Shown piece after piece: positions 36,979-48,681 of a stretch of 64,000 nt of DNA. The number at the start of each line of letters is the position of its first letter. Position 1 is the first letter of the stretch. The translations under genes were made by a program, and so were the position numbers. Origin of the DNA: an uncultured Acidobacteriota bacterium (GTDB taxonomy: Bacteria > Acidobacteriota > Thermoanaerobaculia > UBA5066 > Gp7-AA6); contig CAVXTP010000006.1 in NCBI GenBank assembly GCA_963764715.1, positions 384,001 to 448,000 on the forward strand. The letters are read 5' to 3'. The notes under the pieces were generated by a model, which was not told the origin of the DNA, did not search any database, and saw only the letters and a program-made list of their open reading frames with translations.

Positions 36979-37875
36979 CTACAGCACGCCGGCGTGCGAA
37001 AGGAACGCCGCGAGGATCCCGGCGGAAACGCCCAGGCAGACGACCCCGCCGATCGCGTAGCGCACGGTGCGGGCGCGAAGCTGGCGCAGGATCGAGTCCG
37101 GATCGCCCTTCATGATCCGCGTGACGTTCGCCCAGTTCGGGTGCGGGACGATGCCGCCGCGGGACTCGGAGTACAGGCCGACCGCGTAGACCCGATCGGC
37201 CTTCCGGATCAGGTCCTCGTGATACTTGCATTCCTCGAGCGGCACTTCGCCTTCCGTGGGATGCCGCTTCTCGCTGCGATAGGCGCCGTCGTCGTCGGTC
37301 CACTGCTTCGCGAGCGTCTTTCGCGCCGCGTCCGGCGTCTCGAAGGACGCCGTCTTCACGTGCTCGGACCAGTGGAAGAGGGCCCGCTTCGCTTCGATGT
37401 CTTCCCTTCCGAAGTCGAACTCGGGGACCGCGAGCAGGCGAAAGCTCCCCGCGGGGGTCGAGATCGTGGACGGCACCAGCGCCACGCCCTCGAAGTACAC
37501 CGCCCGCGTCCGGCGCCGGCCCTGGCCGACGTACAGATAGATCTCGTAGCGGTACGCGAGGCACTCGGTGCCGGTGAGAGGAGAGCGCAGGAGATCGCCG
37601 GCCGCCTCGATCGTTCCGGCGATGCCGGTCCACGTCCCGTCGACCGGCCGCCGCCCGGCGAGACAGCCGGCGAGCGCCGCGCGCTCGCGGACCGGTTTCC
37701 GGATGCTGACCAGGAATCCCAGGCCGATCCAGCCGAAGACCGCGGCGAAGAGCGCCGCGCCGAAGACCTTGCCCGGAGCGAGGCCATGCCGAAGCTGGAG
37801 GAACGCCAGCACTCCACCCAGGATCGCGAGAAATCCCGCGAGCTGGAGAACCAGGCTCCGCGCACACCCCTTCAT
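36979..37875 (-). CDS. Membrane protein with central soluble domain (GIDE-like, tentative)
   Basis: Two N-terminal and one C-terminal TM helices; LRSPLTGTECLAYRYEI; EDLIRKADRVYAVG. Confidence 0.65.
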   Translation of the reverse strand: MKGCARSLVLQLAGFLAILGGVLAFLQLRHGLAPGKVFGAALFAAVFGWIGLGFLVSIRKPVRERAALAGCLAGRRPVDGTWTGIAGTIEAAGDLLRSPLTGTECLAYRYEIYLYVGQGRRRTRAVYFEGVALVPSTISTPAGSFRLLAVPEFDFGREDIEAKRALFHWSEHVKTASFETPDAARKTLAKQWTDDDGAYRSEKRHPTEGEVPLEECKYHEDLIRKADRVYAVGLYSESRGGIVPHPNWANVTRIMKGDPDSILRQLRARTVRYAIGGVVCLGVSAGILAAFLSHAGVL

Positions 37876-37918
37876 CCTGTCGGCCTTTCGTTGAGCGGAG
37901 TATAGAGTCTCGCCACTC

Positions 37919-39313
37919 GTGCCCCACCGCTCGTTCTGGCTCGAAGAAGTCGCGGGCGACGCGCCGGACGCGGCAGCGCTCGAGGGAGACGCCCGCGCGG
38001 ACGTCGCGATCCTCGGCGGCGGTTACGTCGGGCTCTGGACCGCGCTCCAGATCAAGCGGCAGGAACCGTCGCGCGACGTCGCCGTGCTCGAGCAGGACAT
38101 CTGCGGGGGCGGCGCCTCCGGCCGCAACGGCGGCTTCGTCCTGTCGTGGTGGTCGAAGCTGTCGTCTCTCGTCTTGCTCTGCGGCGCGGCCGATGCGCTT
38201 CGCGTGGCGCGCGGGTCGGAGGCGGCGATCGGAGAAATCCGGGACTTTTGTGAGACCCATTCGATCGACGCGCACTTCCGGCAGCGCGGCTGGCTCTGGA
38301 CCGCGACGTCGACGGCCCAGCTCGGCGCCTGGGACGGCGTCCTCTCCGCGGCGGAGAAGCTGGGCGTCGAGCCCTTTCGGCGGCTGCGGACCGAGGAGGT
38401 CGCGCGGCGTTCCGGGTCCGCGGCCCACCGGGCCGGCGTGTTCGACCCGGGCGCCGCCACCGTGCAGCCGGCGGCGCTGGTCCGCGGCTTGAGGAAAGCG
38501 GCTCTCGGGGCCGGCGTTCGGATCTACGAGAAAACGCGCGTGCGCTCGTTCTCCCGCGCCCGGCCCGTCGTGATCCGCGCCGCGAATGGCCGTCTCACGG
38601 CGGAGAAGCTCGTCATCGCCGCCAACGCGTGGGCCGCCGGGATCCCGGAGCTCGCGCGCGCGATCGTCGCGATCACGAGCGACATGGTGATGACCGCCCC
38701 CTCGCCCGACAGGCTCGCGGCGATCGGCTGGACCGGCGGCGAGTGCATCACCGACTCCCAGATGATGGTCGACTACTACCACGCGACGCGCGAGGGGCGC
38801 GTCGCCTTCGGCAAGGGCGGCTGGGGGATCGCCTGCGGCGGCCGGATCGGCCCGGACTTCGACCGCAACGCGCGCCGCGCGCGGACCGTCGTCGCGGACC
38901 TGCGCCGTTACTACCCTGCCCTGCGCGACGTGCCGATCACGCACGACTGGTCCGGCCCGATCGACCGCACACCCAACAGCCTCCCGCTCCTCGGACGGCT
39001 CGGCGGCCGGCCGCACATCCTCTATGGCGTCGGCTGGAGCGGAAACGGCGTCGGGCCGAGCGTCGTCGGCGGGAAGATCCTCGCGAGCCTCGCACTGGAC
39101 AGGGACGACGACTGGAGCCGCCATCCCCTGGTGGAACGCTCCGCCGGCCGCTTCCCGCCCGAGCCGATCCGCTGGATCGGGGCGCACGTCGTGCGCGGCG
39201 CCGTCGCCCGCAAGGAGCGGGCCGAGATCGCGGACCGGAGGCCGTCGCGCTTCGACGTCGCCCTGTCCCGCCTCGCGCCCGCGGGCCTCGAGGACAAGAC
39301 CGCGCATGACTGA
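37919..39313 (+). CDS. FAD-dependent oxidoreductase (DadA/PuuB family)
   Basis: GGGYVG, GASGRNGG, WSGPID, GWSGNGV. Confidence 0.9.
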   Translation: MPHRSFWLEEVAGDAPDAAALEGDARADVAILGGGYVGLWTALQIKRQEPSRDVAVLEQDICGGGASGRNGGFVLSWWSKLSSLVLLCGAADALRVARGSEAAIGEIRDFCETHSIDAHFRQRGWLWTATSTAQLGAWDGVLSAAEKLGVEPFRRLRTEEVARRSGSAAHRAGVFDPGAATVQPAALVRGLRKAALGAGVRIYEKTRVRSFSRARPVVIRAANGRLTAEKLVIAANAWAAGIPELARAIVAITSDMVMTAPSPDRLAAIGWTGGECITDSQMMVDYYHATREGRVAFGKGGWGIACGGRIGPDFDRNARRARTVVADLRRYYPALRDVPITHDWSGPIDRTPNSLPLLGRLGGRPHILYGVGWSGNGVGPSVVGGKILASLALDRDDDWSRHPLVERSAGRFPPEPIRWIGAHVVRGAVARKERAEIADRRPSRFDVALSRLAPAGLEDKTAHD

Positions 39314-40466
39314 AACCGTCGTCCCGCCGTCGGCGGTCGCCGAGCTCTCCCGCCTCGCAGGCTCGCCGGCGCGCGGCGGCGGGGAGGTCCGGCTGCTCCG
39401 GGACGGAAAGGAGGCTTTCCCGGCGATGCTCGAGGCGATCGCCTCGGCGCGCACGCGCGTCATCTTCGAGAACTTCATCTTCGCCGGTGACGCCACGGGA
39501 CGTCGGTTCGCCGAGGCGCTGGCCCAGGCGGCGCGGCGCGGCGTCGACGTGCGCGTGCTCTACGACCCGATCGGAACGATGATGGTCCACGGCGGGTCGA
39601 TCGCGGCGGTGCTCAAGAAGGAGGGCGTGTCGGCGCGTCCGTTCCGACCCCTCTCCCTCTACTCGCCCTGGAGCTGGCTCCGGATGCGCCACCGCGACCA
39701 CCGCAAGAGCCTCGTCGTCGACGGCGGCACGGCGGTCGTCGGCGGCCTCTGCATCAGCGACAACTGGGCGCCGTCGGAAAAGGGCGGCCGCGGCTGGCGC
39801 GACACCGCCCTGCTCGTCCGGGGGGACATCGCCGGAGACGTCGAGCGGGCCTTCGACGCGATGTGGCAGCGCGCGGTGGGCGGCGCGCCTCCGGAGGACC
39901 GGACGCCGGGGGCCGGCGATGCTCCGGCGGTCGCCATCCTCGCCGAAGACCTCCCGTCGACCGAGCGCGTCGCGGCGATCTACGAGTGGCTCGCGAAGAC
40001 GGCCCGGTCGACGCTCGAGATCACCGACGCCTACATGGTCGCTCCTCCGGGTGTGCTCGAAGCGTTCGCCGGCGCGGCCCGGCGCGGCGTCGCGGTCTCG
40101 ATCCTGCTGCCGGGGCGCAACAACCACCCGCTCGCTGGCGCCGCGGCCCGGCGCGTCTACCAGGGGCTTCTCGACGCCGGCGTCCGGATCTACGAGTGGT
40201 CCGGCGTCATGATCCACGCCAAGACCGCCGTCGCCGACGGCGAGATCGCGCTCGTCGGCTCGAGCAACCTCGATCCCCTGTCGATGCGCCGCAACTACGA
40301 GCTGAACGTCCTCGTCATCGATCCCGCCACGGGCGCCGCCATGCGCGCGATGTTCGCCCGGGACCTCGAAGAGGCCTGCCGCGTCGAGCCCGCCGGCTGG
40401 GGCCTGCGGCCGCGCTGGCAGAAGGTGGCCGAGCGGGCGGCGGGACTCTTCGGCGGGGACCTGTAG
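39306..40466 (+). CDS. Phospholipase D / cardiolipin synthase B-like
   Basis: Two HKD motifs HRKSLVVD and HAKTAVAD, GSSNLD. Confidence 0.88.
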   Translation: MTETVVPPSAVAELSRLAGSPARGGGEVRLLRDGKEAFPAMLEAIASARTRVIFENFIFAGDATGRRFAEALAQAARRGVDVRVLYDPIGTMMVHGGSIAAVLKKEGVSARPFRPLSLYSPWSWLRMRHRDHRKSLVVDGGTAVVGGLCISDNWAPSEKGGRGWRDTALLVRGDIAGDVERAFDAMWQRAVGGAPPEDRTPGAGDAPAVAILAEDLPSTERVAAIYEWLAKTARSTLEITDAYMVAPPGVLEAFAGAARRGVAVSILLPGRNNHPLAGAAARRVYQGLLDAGVRIYEWSGVMIHAKTAVADGEIALVGSSNLDPLSMRRNYELNVLVIDPATGAAMRAMFARDLEEACRVEPAGWGLRPRWQKVAERAAGLFGGDL

Positions 40467-40527
40467 CCGGATCCAACGGTCTCGACAACCGTAGCGGCTC
40501 GATCGCGGCGGGCGCTACCATGGAGCG

Positions 40528-41568
40528 GTGCACCGACCGTCGATCTCCCTGCGGGCCGCGGTCTCTTCGGGCCTGATTCCGCCGGAGTCGTCTCTCCTCC
40601 TCGCCGTTTCCGGAGGAGCCGACTCGATGGCCCTGCTCCACGCCGCGGCGGAGGTCGCGGTCGAGGCCGGCTGGTCCCTCTCCGTCGGCCACGTGCACCA
40701 CGGCTGGAGAGGACGGGAGGCGGACCGCGACCTGCAATTCGCCGAGGACCAGGCCCGGCGGCTCGGAGTCCCCTTTCTCTCGCGCCGGCGCGATGCGCGG
40801 GCCGTGTCGCGGGAGCTTCGCCTCTCGCCCGAGGCGGGCGCGCGGCACGTCCGTTACGAGGCGCTCCGCGAGATGGCGGCCGAGGGGGGCGCCGGACTCG
40901 TCGCCACGGCCCACCAGGAAGACGACCTGATCGAGTCGCACCTCCTGGCGAAGGAGCGCCGGGGAGGGCTCGCGCTCCTCGCGGGGCCCCGGGCGTTGCG
41001 CGAGGACGGGATCGTGCGACCGTTCCTTTCGGTTCCCCGCGCGGAGATCCTGCGGTATCTCGGCGAGCACGGAGTGGCCTACCGCCGCGACGCGTCCAAC
41101 GGCGACCTGCGGCTCGCGCGAAATCGCGTCCGGCGCGCAATCGCGGATCTCGCGGCCGACGAGCGTGCGCGGCTGCTCGAGGAGATCACCGGCCTCCGCC
41201 GCGAGCGCGAAAGGCTCGAGCGCGAGCTCGCGGAAACGGTCCTACCGCGGCTGTGCTTCGCCCCCGGCGCGGCGTTCGCGGAAGCCGCCTTCCTCGCGGG
41301 CCTCCCCGCCGAGCTCCTCCGGGTGGCCCTCGAGCGCCTCGCCCTCCCCTTCGCTCGACCCGGCCGGCCGCCGATGACCGGACGCGAACGGGAGCGGGTC
41401 ATGGAGCGTCTCGCCTCGGGCGCGGACTTCCGTTTCGAGGCCGGCCGCCGGATCCGATTCGAGCGACGGGACGCCCTCCTGCGCGTCCGGCCGGCGCCCC
41501 CCGGTCCGGGGGCGGCGGTGTACCATTCGCCGATCGACACCCCGACGGTTCCGGAGTCCGCCTCGTGA
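40528..41568 (+). CDS. tilS: tRNA(Ile)-lysidine synthetase
   Basis: SGGADS PP-loop, HVHHGWR, ATAH, IVRPFL, RNRVR; synteny with hpt-ftsH. Confidence 0.92.
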   Translation: MHRPSISLRAAVSSGLIPPESSLLLAVSGGADSMALLHAAAEVAVEAGWSLSVGHVHHGWRGREADRDLQFAEDQARRLGVPFLSRRRDARAVSRELRLSPEAGARHVRYEALREMAAEGGAGLVATAHQEDDLIESHLLAKERRGGLALLAGPRALREDGIVRPFLSVPRAEILRYLGEHGVAYRRDASNGDLRLARNRVRRAIADLAADERARLLEEITGLRRERERLERELAETVLPRLCFAPGAAFAEAAFLAGLPAELLRVALERLALPFARPGRPPMTGRERERVMERLASGADFRFEAGRRIRFERRDALLRVRPAPPGPGAAVYHSPIDTPTVPESAS

Positions 41569-42080
41569 AGCTCGAGCGCCGCTACGACGCGCGGTTGATC
41601 GCAGAGCGCGTGGAGGCCGTCGCCGGGGCCGTCGACCGGGACGTCCGGGACCGGCCCCTGCTCGTCGTCTCGATCCTCAAGGGGTCGGCCTTCTTCATGG
41701 CCGACCTCGCGCGGCGGATCCGCGGCCCCTTCTCCTGCGAGTACCTCTACGTCCGCCGGAACGAGGGAGCCAACGACACGCTCGCGATCGATTTCACGAC
41801 GGGCTTTCAGGTCCGGGGCAAGCACGTCCTGCTTCTCAAGGACGTCGTCCACACGGGGGTCATCGAGACCTACCTGATGGACCACCTGCGCGGGGCCGGG
41901 GCGGGGTCGCTGCGCCTGGCGGCGATCATCGACAAGCCCCTCGACCGTAAGACCAATGTCTCCGTGGACTTTTCCCTGTTCTCCACCGAGGGGGAAGCCC
42001 TTTACGCGGGCTACGGCATGGAGCACGAGGGGCTACATGCCCACCTGCCCGACATTTACGCGGTGGTCTCGGAGGCATAA
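41565..42080 (+). CDS. hpt: Hypoxanthine phosphoribosyltransferase-like protein with degenerate catalytic motif
   Basis: ILKGSAFFMADL, IIDKP, AGYGM; PRPP motif reads LLKDVVHTG; GTG overlaps tilS stop. Confidence 0.75.
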   Translation: MKLERRYDARLIAERVEAVAGAVDRDVRDRPLLVVSILKGSAFFMADLARRIRGPFSCEYLYVRRNEGANDTLAIDFTTGFQVRGKHVLLLKDVVHTGVIETYLMDHLRGAGAGSLRLAAIIDKPLDRKTNVSVDFSLFSTEGEALYAGYGMEHEGLHAHLPDIYAVVSEA

Positions 42081-42137
42081 AAGCCGGTCGGAGTCCGTTA
42101 TGCTCAACCCGGGCTGTCCGCTCTCAAGGAGATTTCG

Positions 42138-44051
<1,914 letters not shown>

Positions 44052-44070
44052 ACGGGGGCGTAAGCTGGAC

Positions 44071-44120
44071 GTAGGGGCGGGGCTCGTCCCCGCCCGGGCG
44101 GCCGCAAGGGCCGCCCCGAC
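44071..44120. repeat. GTAG-type REP-like palindromic element
   Basis: GTAGGGGCGGGGCTCGTCCCCGCCC followed by GGGCGGCCGCAAGGGCCGCCCCGAC: two hairpins, ends GTAGGGGCG/CGCCCCGAC nearly complementary. Confidence 0.65.
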
Positions 44121-44138
44121 TTCTCCGAGGGCTCAACG

Positions 44139-44630
44139 ATGACTGTCGCCGAAAAGCTTCTCCCCGAATTCGACGGCGAGATGGCGTCGACGCGGCGCCT
44201 GCTCGAGCGGATCCCCGCCGACCGGCTCGACTGGAAGCCGCACGCGAAGTCGAAGAGCCTCGGCGAGCTCGCGACGCACCTGACCGAGCTGCCGCGCTTC
44301 GGCGTCCGCTTCGAGAAGGACGTCTTCCAGATCGGCAGCGAGAAGCCGCCGAGCATGCGGAGCGCCGCCGAGTACCTCGCGCGGTTCGACGAGAACGTCG
44401 CCGCCGCCCGCGCCGGGATCGCCCGGATGCCGGACGCGCGCATGGAGCAGGAGTTCGCCGTGACGAAACCGGACGGCTCGATCTTCTTCTCGCTCAAGCG
44501 GCGCTCGCTGCTGCGCCGGGTGCTCCTGAGCCACTCGATCCACCACCGCGGCCAGCTCACGGTCTACCTGCGCCTGCTCGACGTCCCGCTGCCCCCGATC
44601 TACGGCCCCACCGCCGACGAATCCGGTTAG
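44139..44630 (+). CDS. DinB family protein
   Basis: WKPHAKSKSLGELATHL; HSIHHRGQLTVYLR; IYGPTAD. Confidence 0.9.
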   Translation: MTVAEKLLPEFDGEMASTRRLLERIPADRLDWKPHAKSKSLGELATHLTELPRFGVRFEKDVFQIGSEKPPSMRSAAEYLARFDENVAAARAGIARMPDARMEQEFAVTKPDGSIFFSLKRRSLLRRVLLSHSIHHRGQLTVYLRLLDVPLPPIYGPTADESG

Positions 44631-44656
44631 CCGGGCCGGCGAGCGCCGGCACGCCG

Positions 44657-45401
44657 TCACCGGGCGAGCTTTCGCAGCTCCTCCGACGCCGCGCGGCTGG
44701 CGACGACGACGGTCCCGTCCTTCAGCGTGATCGCGAGGCGCCTCTCGTCGTAAGGCTTCAGGTGCGCGACCGCGTCGAGGTTGACGATGTGCGAGCGGTG
44801 CACCTGGCGGAAGCGCGCGGGATCGAGGCGCTCGGCGAGCTCCGAGAGCGTCAGGTGCAGGAGAAACGTTCCCTCCCCGGCGTGCACCTCGGCGTAGTCG
44901 CCCTGCGCCTGGATGCGGCGGATGCCGTCGACGGCGATCGGGCACGATGCGGTCCCCGTGCCGGGCGAAGAGCCTCGACAGCGGCCCGGGCTCGAGCGAG
45001 CTCCGCACGCGGTCGCTCGCCGCGACCGGCGTGTCGCCGAGCCTCTCCCGCACGCGGGCCACGGCCGCGGCGAGCCGCTCCCGGCCGAAGGGCTTGACGA
45101 GGTAGTCGACCGCGCCGATCTCGAAGGCCGCCACGGCGAACCGGTCGTAGGCGGTCGTGAAGACGATCTCGGCGGGATGGCGGATCTGCCGGGCGACCTC
45201 GAGCCCGGAGAGCTCGGGAAGGCGGACATCCAGGAAGATCAGGTCCGGGCGGTGCTCGTCGGCGAGCGCGAGGGCGGTCCGGCCGTCGACGGCCTCCGCC
45301 ACGACCTCGATCCAGGGAGTCTCCGCCAGGTACTCGCGCAGGCTGTCGCGGGCCGGGGCCTCGTCCTCGGCGATCAGGGCGCGGACGCGCGGGCCGTTCA
45401 C
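44657..45401 (-). CDS. LytTR family response regulator; frameshift near 44940
   Basis: Receiver (AEDE, FLDVRLP, YLVKPF) in one frame, LytTR (AQGDY, FRQVHRSHIVN) in the next. Confidence 0.88.
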
Positions 45402-46504
45402 GCGGTCTCCGGGACGGCGTCGATGGGAAGCTCCAGGCGGGCACGGAAGCCGCCTCCCGCCGGTCTCTCGAAGACGAGCTGCGCGCGGCCCGCGTAGAGG
45501 GCCGCCAGCCGCTCCTGCAGCAGGCGCAGGCCCATCCGCGGGCTCGCGGCGATCCCGTCCGGCGAGGCGCCCGGCCCGTCGTCCTCGACCGAGAGGCAGA
45601 GCCTGTCGCCCGCGCGGCGCGCCGAGAGGCGCACGCGGCCGCCGGCCGCGCGCGGGGCCACGGCATGGACGATCGCGTTCTCGACCAGAGGCTGCAGGGC
45701 GAACGGAGGGACGGACACCCCGAGCGCGTCGGGGTCCGCGTCGATCTCGAGGCAGAGCCGGTCGCCCAGGCGCACGCGCTCGAGCTCCAGGTAGCTCCGG
45801 ACGAAGTCCCACTCGCGCGCGAGCGGCACCCAGTCGCTGCCGGTCTGGTGCACCCACTGGCCGAACCGCAGCAGCTCGCCGAGGCGCTCGAGGGCGCCCT
45901 CGGCGCGCGCCGGATCACGGCGGACGAGGCCGAGGAGCGCGTGGAGGACGTTGAGCATGAAGTGGGGATGGAGCTGCGAGCGCAGCAGCTCGAGCTCGGC
46001 GCGGGCCCGCAGCACGTCGGCCCGGACGGCGCGCTCGCGGGCCTCGCGCAGGGCCTCGGCCGTGTGCCACGCGTAGCCCACGCCGGCGAGGGCGAGGTGG
46101 ATCAGCCCGTTGATGACGGTCTGCCAGGCCACGATGCCGACGGGGGGCCAGCGGATCTCGCCCCGGAACGCGAAGCCCTCGAGGACGATCAGGACGAACC
46201 AGCCCGCCGTCGATGCCAGGGCGAGCCCCGCCAGGGCCGGGGCGAGGCGCAGCGCGAGCCGCCAGCGCGCGTCGAGGTCGAGCGGCCACGGCCAGCGCCG
46301 AGCCAGGCCGAGCGACACGAACCCGAGAAGGGCGCTCGGGAGCACCGCGGCGATCGCGCCGCGCAGGGCCATCCCGAACGAGATGCCGCTCGCGCTCGTC
46401 GTGTAGAGCGCGGCGTAGACCGCCGCGAGCGCCGCCCATGCCCCCGCGTACGCCGCCAGGGGCGGGCGCAGGGTCGGCGGCGCCTCGGAGCGGGTCGTCG
46501 TCAT
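45398..46504 (-). CDS. LytS/YehU-type sensor histidine kinase
   Basis: N-terminal TMs; LRSQLHPHFMLNVL, QPLVENAIVH, DDGPG. Confidence 0.9.
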   Translation of the reverse strand: MTTTRSEAPPTLRPPLAAYAGAWAALAAVYAALYTTSASGISFGMALRGAIAAVLPSALLGFVSLGLARRWPWPLDLDARWRLALRLAPALAGLALASTAGWFVLIVLEGFAFRGEIRWPPVGIVAWQTVINGLIHLALAGVGYAWHTAEALREARERAVRADVLRARAELELLRSQLHPHFMLNVLHALLGLVRRDPARAEGALERLGELLRFGQWVHQTGSDWVPLAREWDFVRSYLELERVRLGDRLCLEIDADPDALGVSVPPFALQPLVENAIVHAVAPRAAGGRVRLSARRAGDRLCLSVEDDGPGASPDGIAASPRMGLRLLQERLAALYAGRAQLVFERPAGGGFRARLELPIDAVPETA

Positions 46505-46562
46505 GGGTTCCGGCACCCGATTGTCGCGGCGGGACCGACCCGGCCGCAAGCCCCGCGGACGC

Positions 46563-47372
46563 TCAGCGGGCCGCCACGTCGACCGGGAGAGCCTCGATCT
46601 GCGGCAGGAGGACGTCGCGGACGTAGTGCCACTCGGGCACCGACGTCAGAGCGCCTTCCGCGTAAGCCAGGGCGAGGGCGCGATCGGGCTTCGGTCCGTG
46701 CGCGTAGACGTACGCCAGGTTCATCAGGTTCTCCGGGCCTCCCCACCGCGGCACCCAGGAGGGCGGCGCCGGCTCCGCGAGCGATTCGCGCCAGGCGGCG
46801 GCGACGCCCTGCCGCATCGTCGCGACCGCCTTCGCCACGTCCCCGCCGCGGGGAGGCGGTGCCCACATCTCCATCCCGCCCCGGATCCAAAGGGCCCGCG
46901 GATTGTCACCGGCGTTTTCGAGAATCCAGTGGAACCCCGGGATGGCTTCCTCCACGATGGCCTTGCGGCGCGCCTCGTCGTTGCCGGCGAGGTAGACGAG
47001 GTTCCCCAGACAGCCGACCATGGCGAGCTTCGCTTCGATCCACTCCGGACGGACCTGCTGGGCCGCCTTGAAGCGCGCCACCGCCTTCTCGAGGTCCGCG
47101 ACGAGGTCGTCCGGACGCGGCGTTTCGTTGAATCCGTTGATCCCGCGGCGCCAGAGAGCGAACCCCCGCCAGTACTCCCGGTACTCGGCCCGCGACGGGA
47201 CGTCGAGGCGGCCGAGCTCCGCCTCGAGCCTCGCGAGCTCGGCGCGATCGCCCCGGTAGTCGGCGTTGAGGACCGCGGCGGCGAGCTCGGCCAGCCGGGC
47301 CTCGGACTTCTGGGCCGCCGGGGCGGGCGCCGCGAGCGCGGCGAGGGCGACGATCCAGGCTATGAGCTTCAT
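46563..47372 (-). CDS. Secreted helical hypothetical protein
   Basis: Signal peptide MKLIAWIVALAALAAPAPA; helical composition; upstream of the two-component pair. Confidence 0.7.
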   Translation of the reverse strand: MKLIAWIVALAALAAPAPAAQKSEARLAELAAAVLNADYRGDRAELARLEAELGRLDVPSRAEYREYWRGFALWRRGINGFNETPRPDDLVADLEKAVARFKAAQQVRPEWIEAKLAMVGCLGNLVYLAGNDEARRKAIVEEAIPGFHWILENAGDNPRALWIRGGMEMWAPPPRGGDVAKAVATMRQGVAAAWRESLAEPAPPSWVPRWGGPENLMNLAYVYAHGPKPDRALALAYAEGALTSVPEWHYVRDVLLPQIEALPVDVAAR

Positions 47373-47526
47373 GACGTTGACCTCCATGGCGGCTTGTACG
47401 GCACGGCTGCTTCCGGACAGACGGCGCGCGTCGCCGGACGAGCCGACGGCGAGGTCGGAAGGGCGTCGCCGCGGTCGAACGGCGACGAAGTTTTCGGCCC
47501 GAGACTCGATCCACTAGACTCCGGCC

Positions 47527-48681
47527 ATGTCCTTTTCGGCCGATCTCGTTCTCGCCGCCGGCGACGCCGCGGCGTTGCGGGAGATCTGCGCCTGGGACGG
47601 GTTTCGCCCGGCGACCTTCCCGTCCGCGGACTTCCCGGTCGACGTCGTCCGCTTCGCCGGCTCGGCCTCGCGGCCGGTCGTCATCGCGCGGTCCCGCCGC
47701 GCCGAGACGCTCAAGGCGATGCCCGGAAGCCTGCGCCAGCGGGCGGAATCCGCCTTCGAGCGGGTCGCGCGGAGGCCGCCGCGACTCGGCCTCGCCCGCG
47801 GACGGTCGCTCGAGCTCGGGACGGTCCCCGCGGTGATGGGGGTCCTGAACGTGACCCCCGATTCCTTCTCGGACGGCGGCCTCTACTTCGACCGCGAGCG
47901 GGCCGTGTCCCGCGCGCTCGCGATGTTCGAGGAGGGGGCGGCGATCGTCGACGTCGGCGGCGAGTCGACGCGCCCCGCCAACTACGGCGAGGCCCGGCCG
48001 CCGGACGTCGAGGAGGAGATCGCGCGCGTCGTCCCGGTCATCGCCGCGATCCGGGCGAAGACGGACGCGCCGCTCTCCGTCGACACGCGGCGGGCCGCCG
48101 TGGCCCGTGCGGCGCTCGAGGCCGGCGCCGACCTCGTCAACGACGTTTCGGCGGGACGCTTCGACGACGCCATGCTCGAGACGATCGCGGCCGCGGGCGC
48201 GGGCGCTATCCTCATGCACATGAAGGGCACCGACCCGCGCACGATGCAGGACGACCTGCACTACGACCACCTGCTCGGCGAGATCGCCGCGTTTCTGGCC
48301 GAGGCGGCGGACCGCGCCGTCGCGGCCGGGGTCGCGCCCGGCGCGATCGCGGTCGACCCGGGCCTGGGATTCGGGAAGTCCCCGGAGGACAACCTCGTCC
48401 TGCTCCGGCACCTCGCGGCGCTCGGCACGCTCGGCCTGCCCGTCGCGGCGGGCGCCTCGCGCAAGGGGTTCGTCCGGCGCTTCTCCGGGGTCCCCGAGAC
48501 GGCCTCGGCGGCCGAGCGCCTCCCGGGCTCGCTCGCCGCGCTCGGCGCCGCCGCCGCGGGCGGCGCCTCCATCCTCCGCGTCCACGACGTGGCGGATTCG
48601 GTCCGCTTCCTCCGGATGTCCGGCGCCATCGCGCACGCCGCGCCGGCGACGGCCGCCGTTCCCGGGGCCGCGGCCCGCTGA
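47527..48681 (+). CDS. folP: Dihydropteroate synthase with N-terminal extension
   Basis: MGVLNVTPDSFSDGG, GGESTRP, DPGLGFGK, SRKGF, RVHDV. Confidence 0.95.
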   Translation: MSFSADLVLAAGDAAALREICAWDGFRPATFPSADFPVDVVRFAGSASRPVVIARSRRAETLKAMPGSLRQRAESAFERVARRPPRLGLARGRSLELGTVPAVMGVLNVTPDSFSDGGLYFDRERAVSRALAMFEEGAAIVDVGGESTRPANYGEARPPDVEEEIARVVPVIAAIRAKTDAPLSVDTRRAAVARAALEAGADLVNDVSAGRFDDAMLETIAAAGAGAILMHMKGTDPRTMQDDLHYDHLLGEIAAFLAEAADRAVAAGVAPGAIAVDPGLGFGKSPEDNLVLLRHLAALGTLGLPVAAGASRKGFVRRFSGVPETASAAERLPGSLAALGAAAAGGASILRVHDVADSVRFLRMSGAIAHAAPATAAVPGAAAR

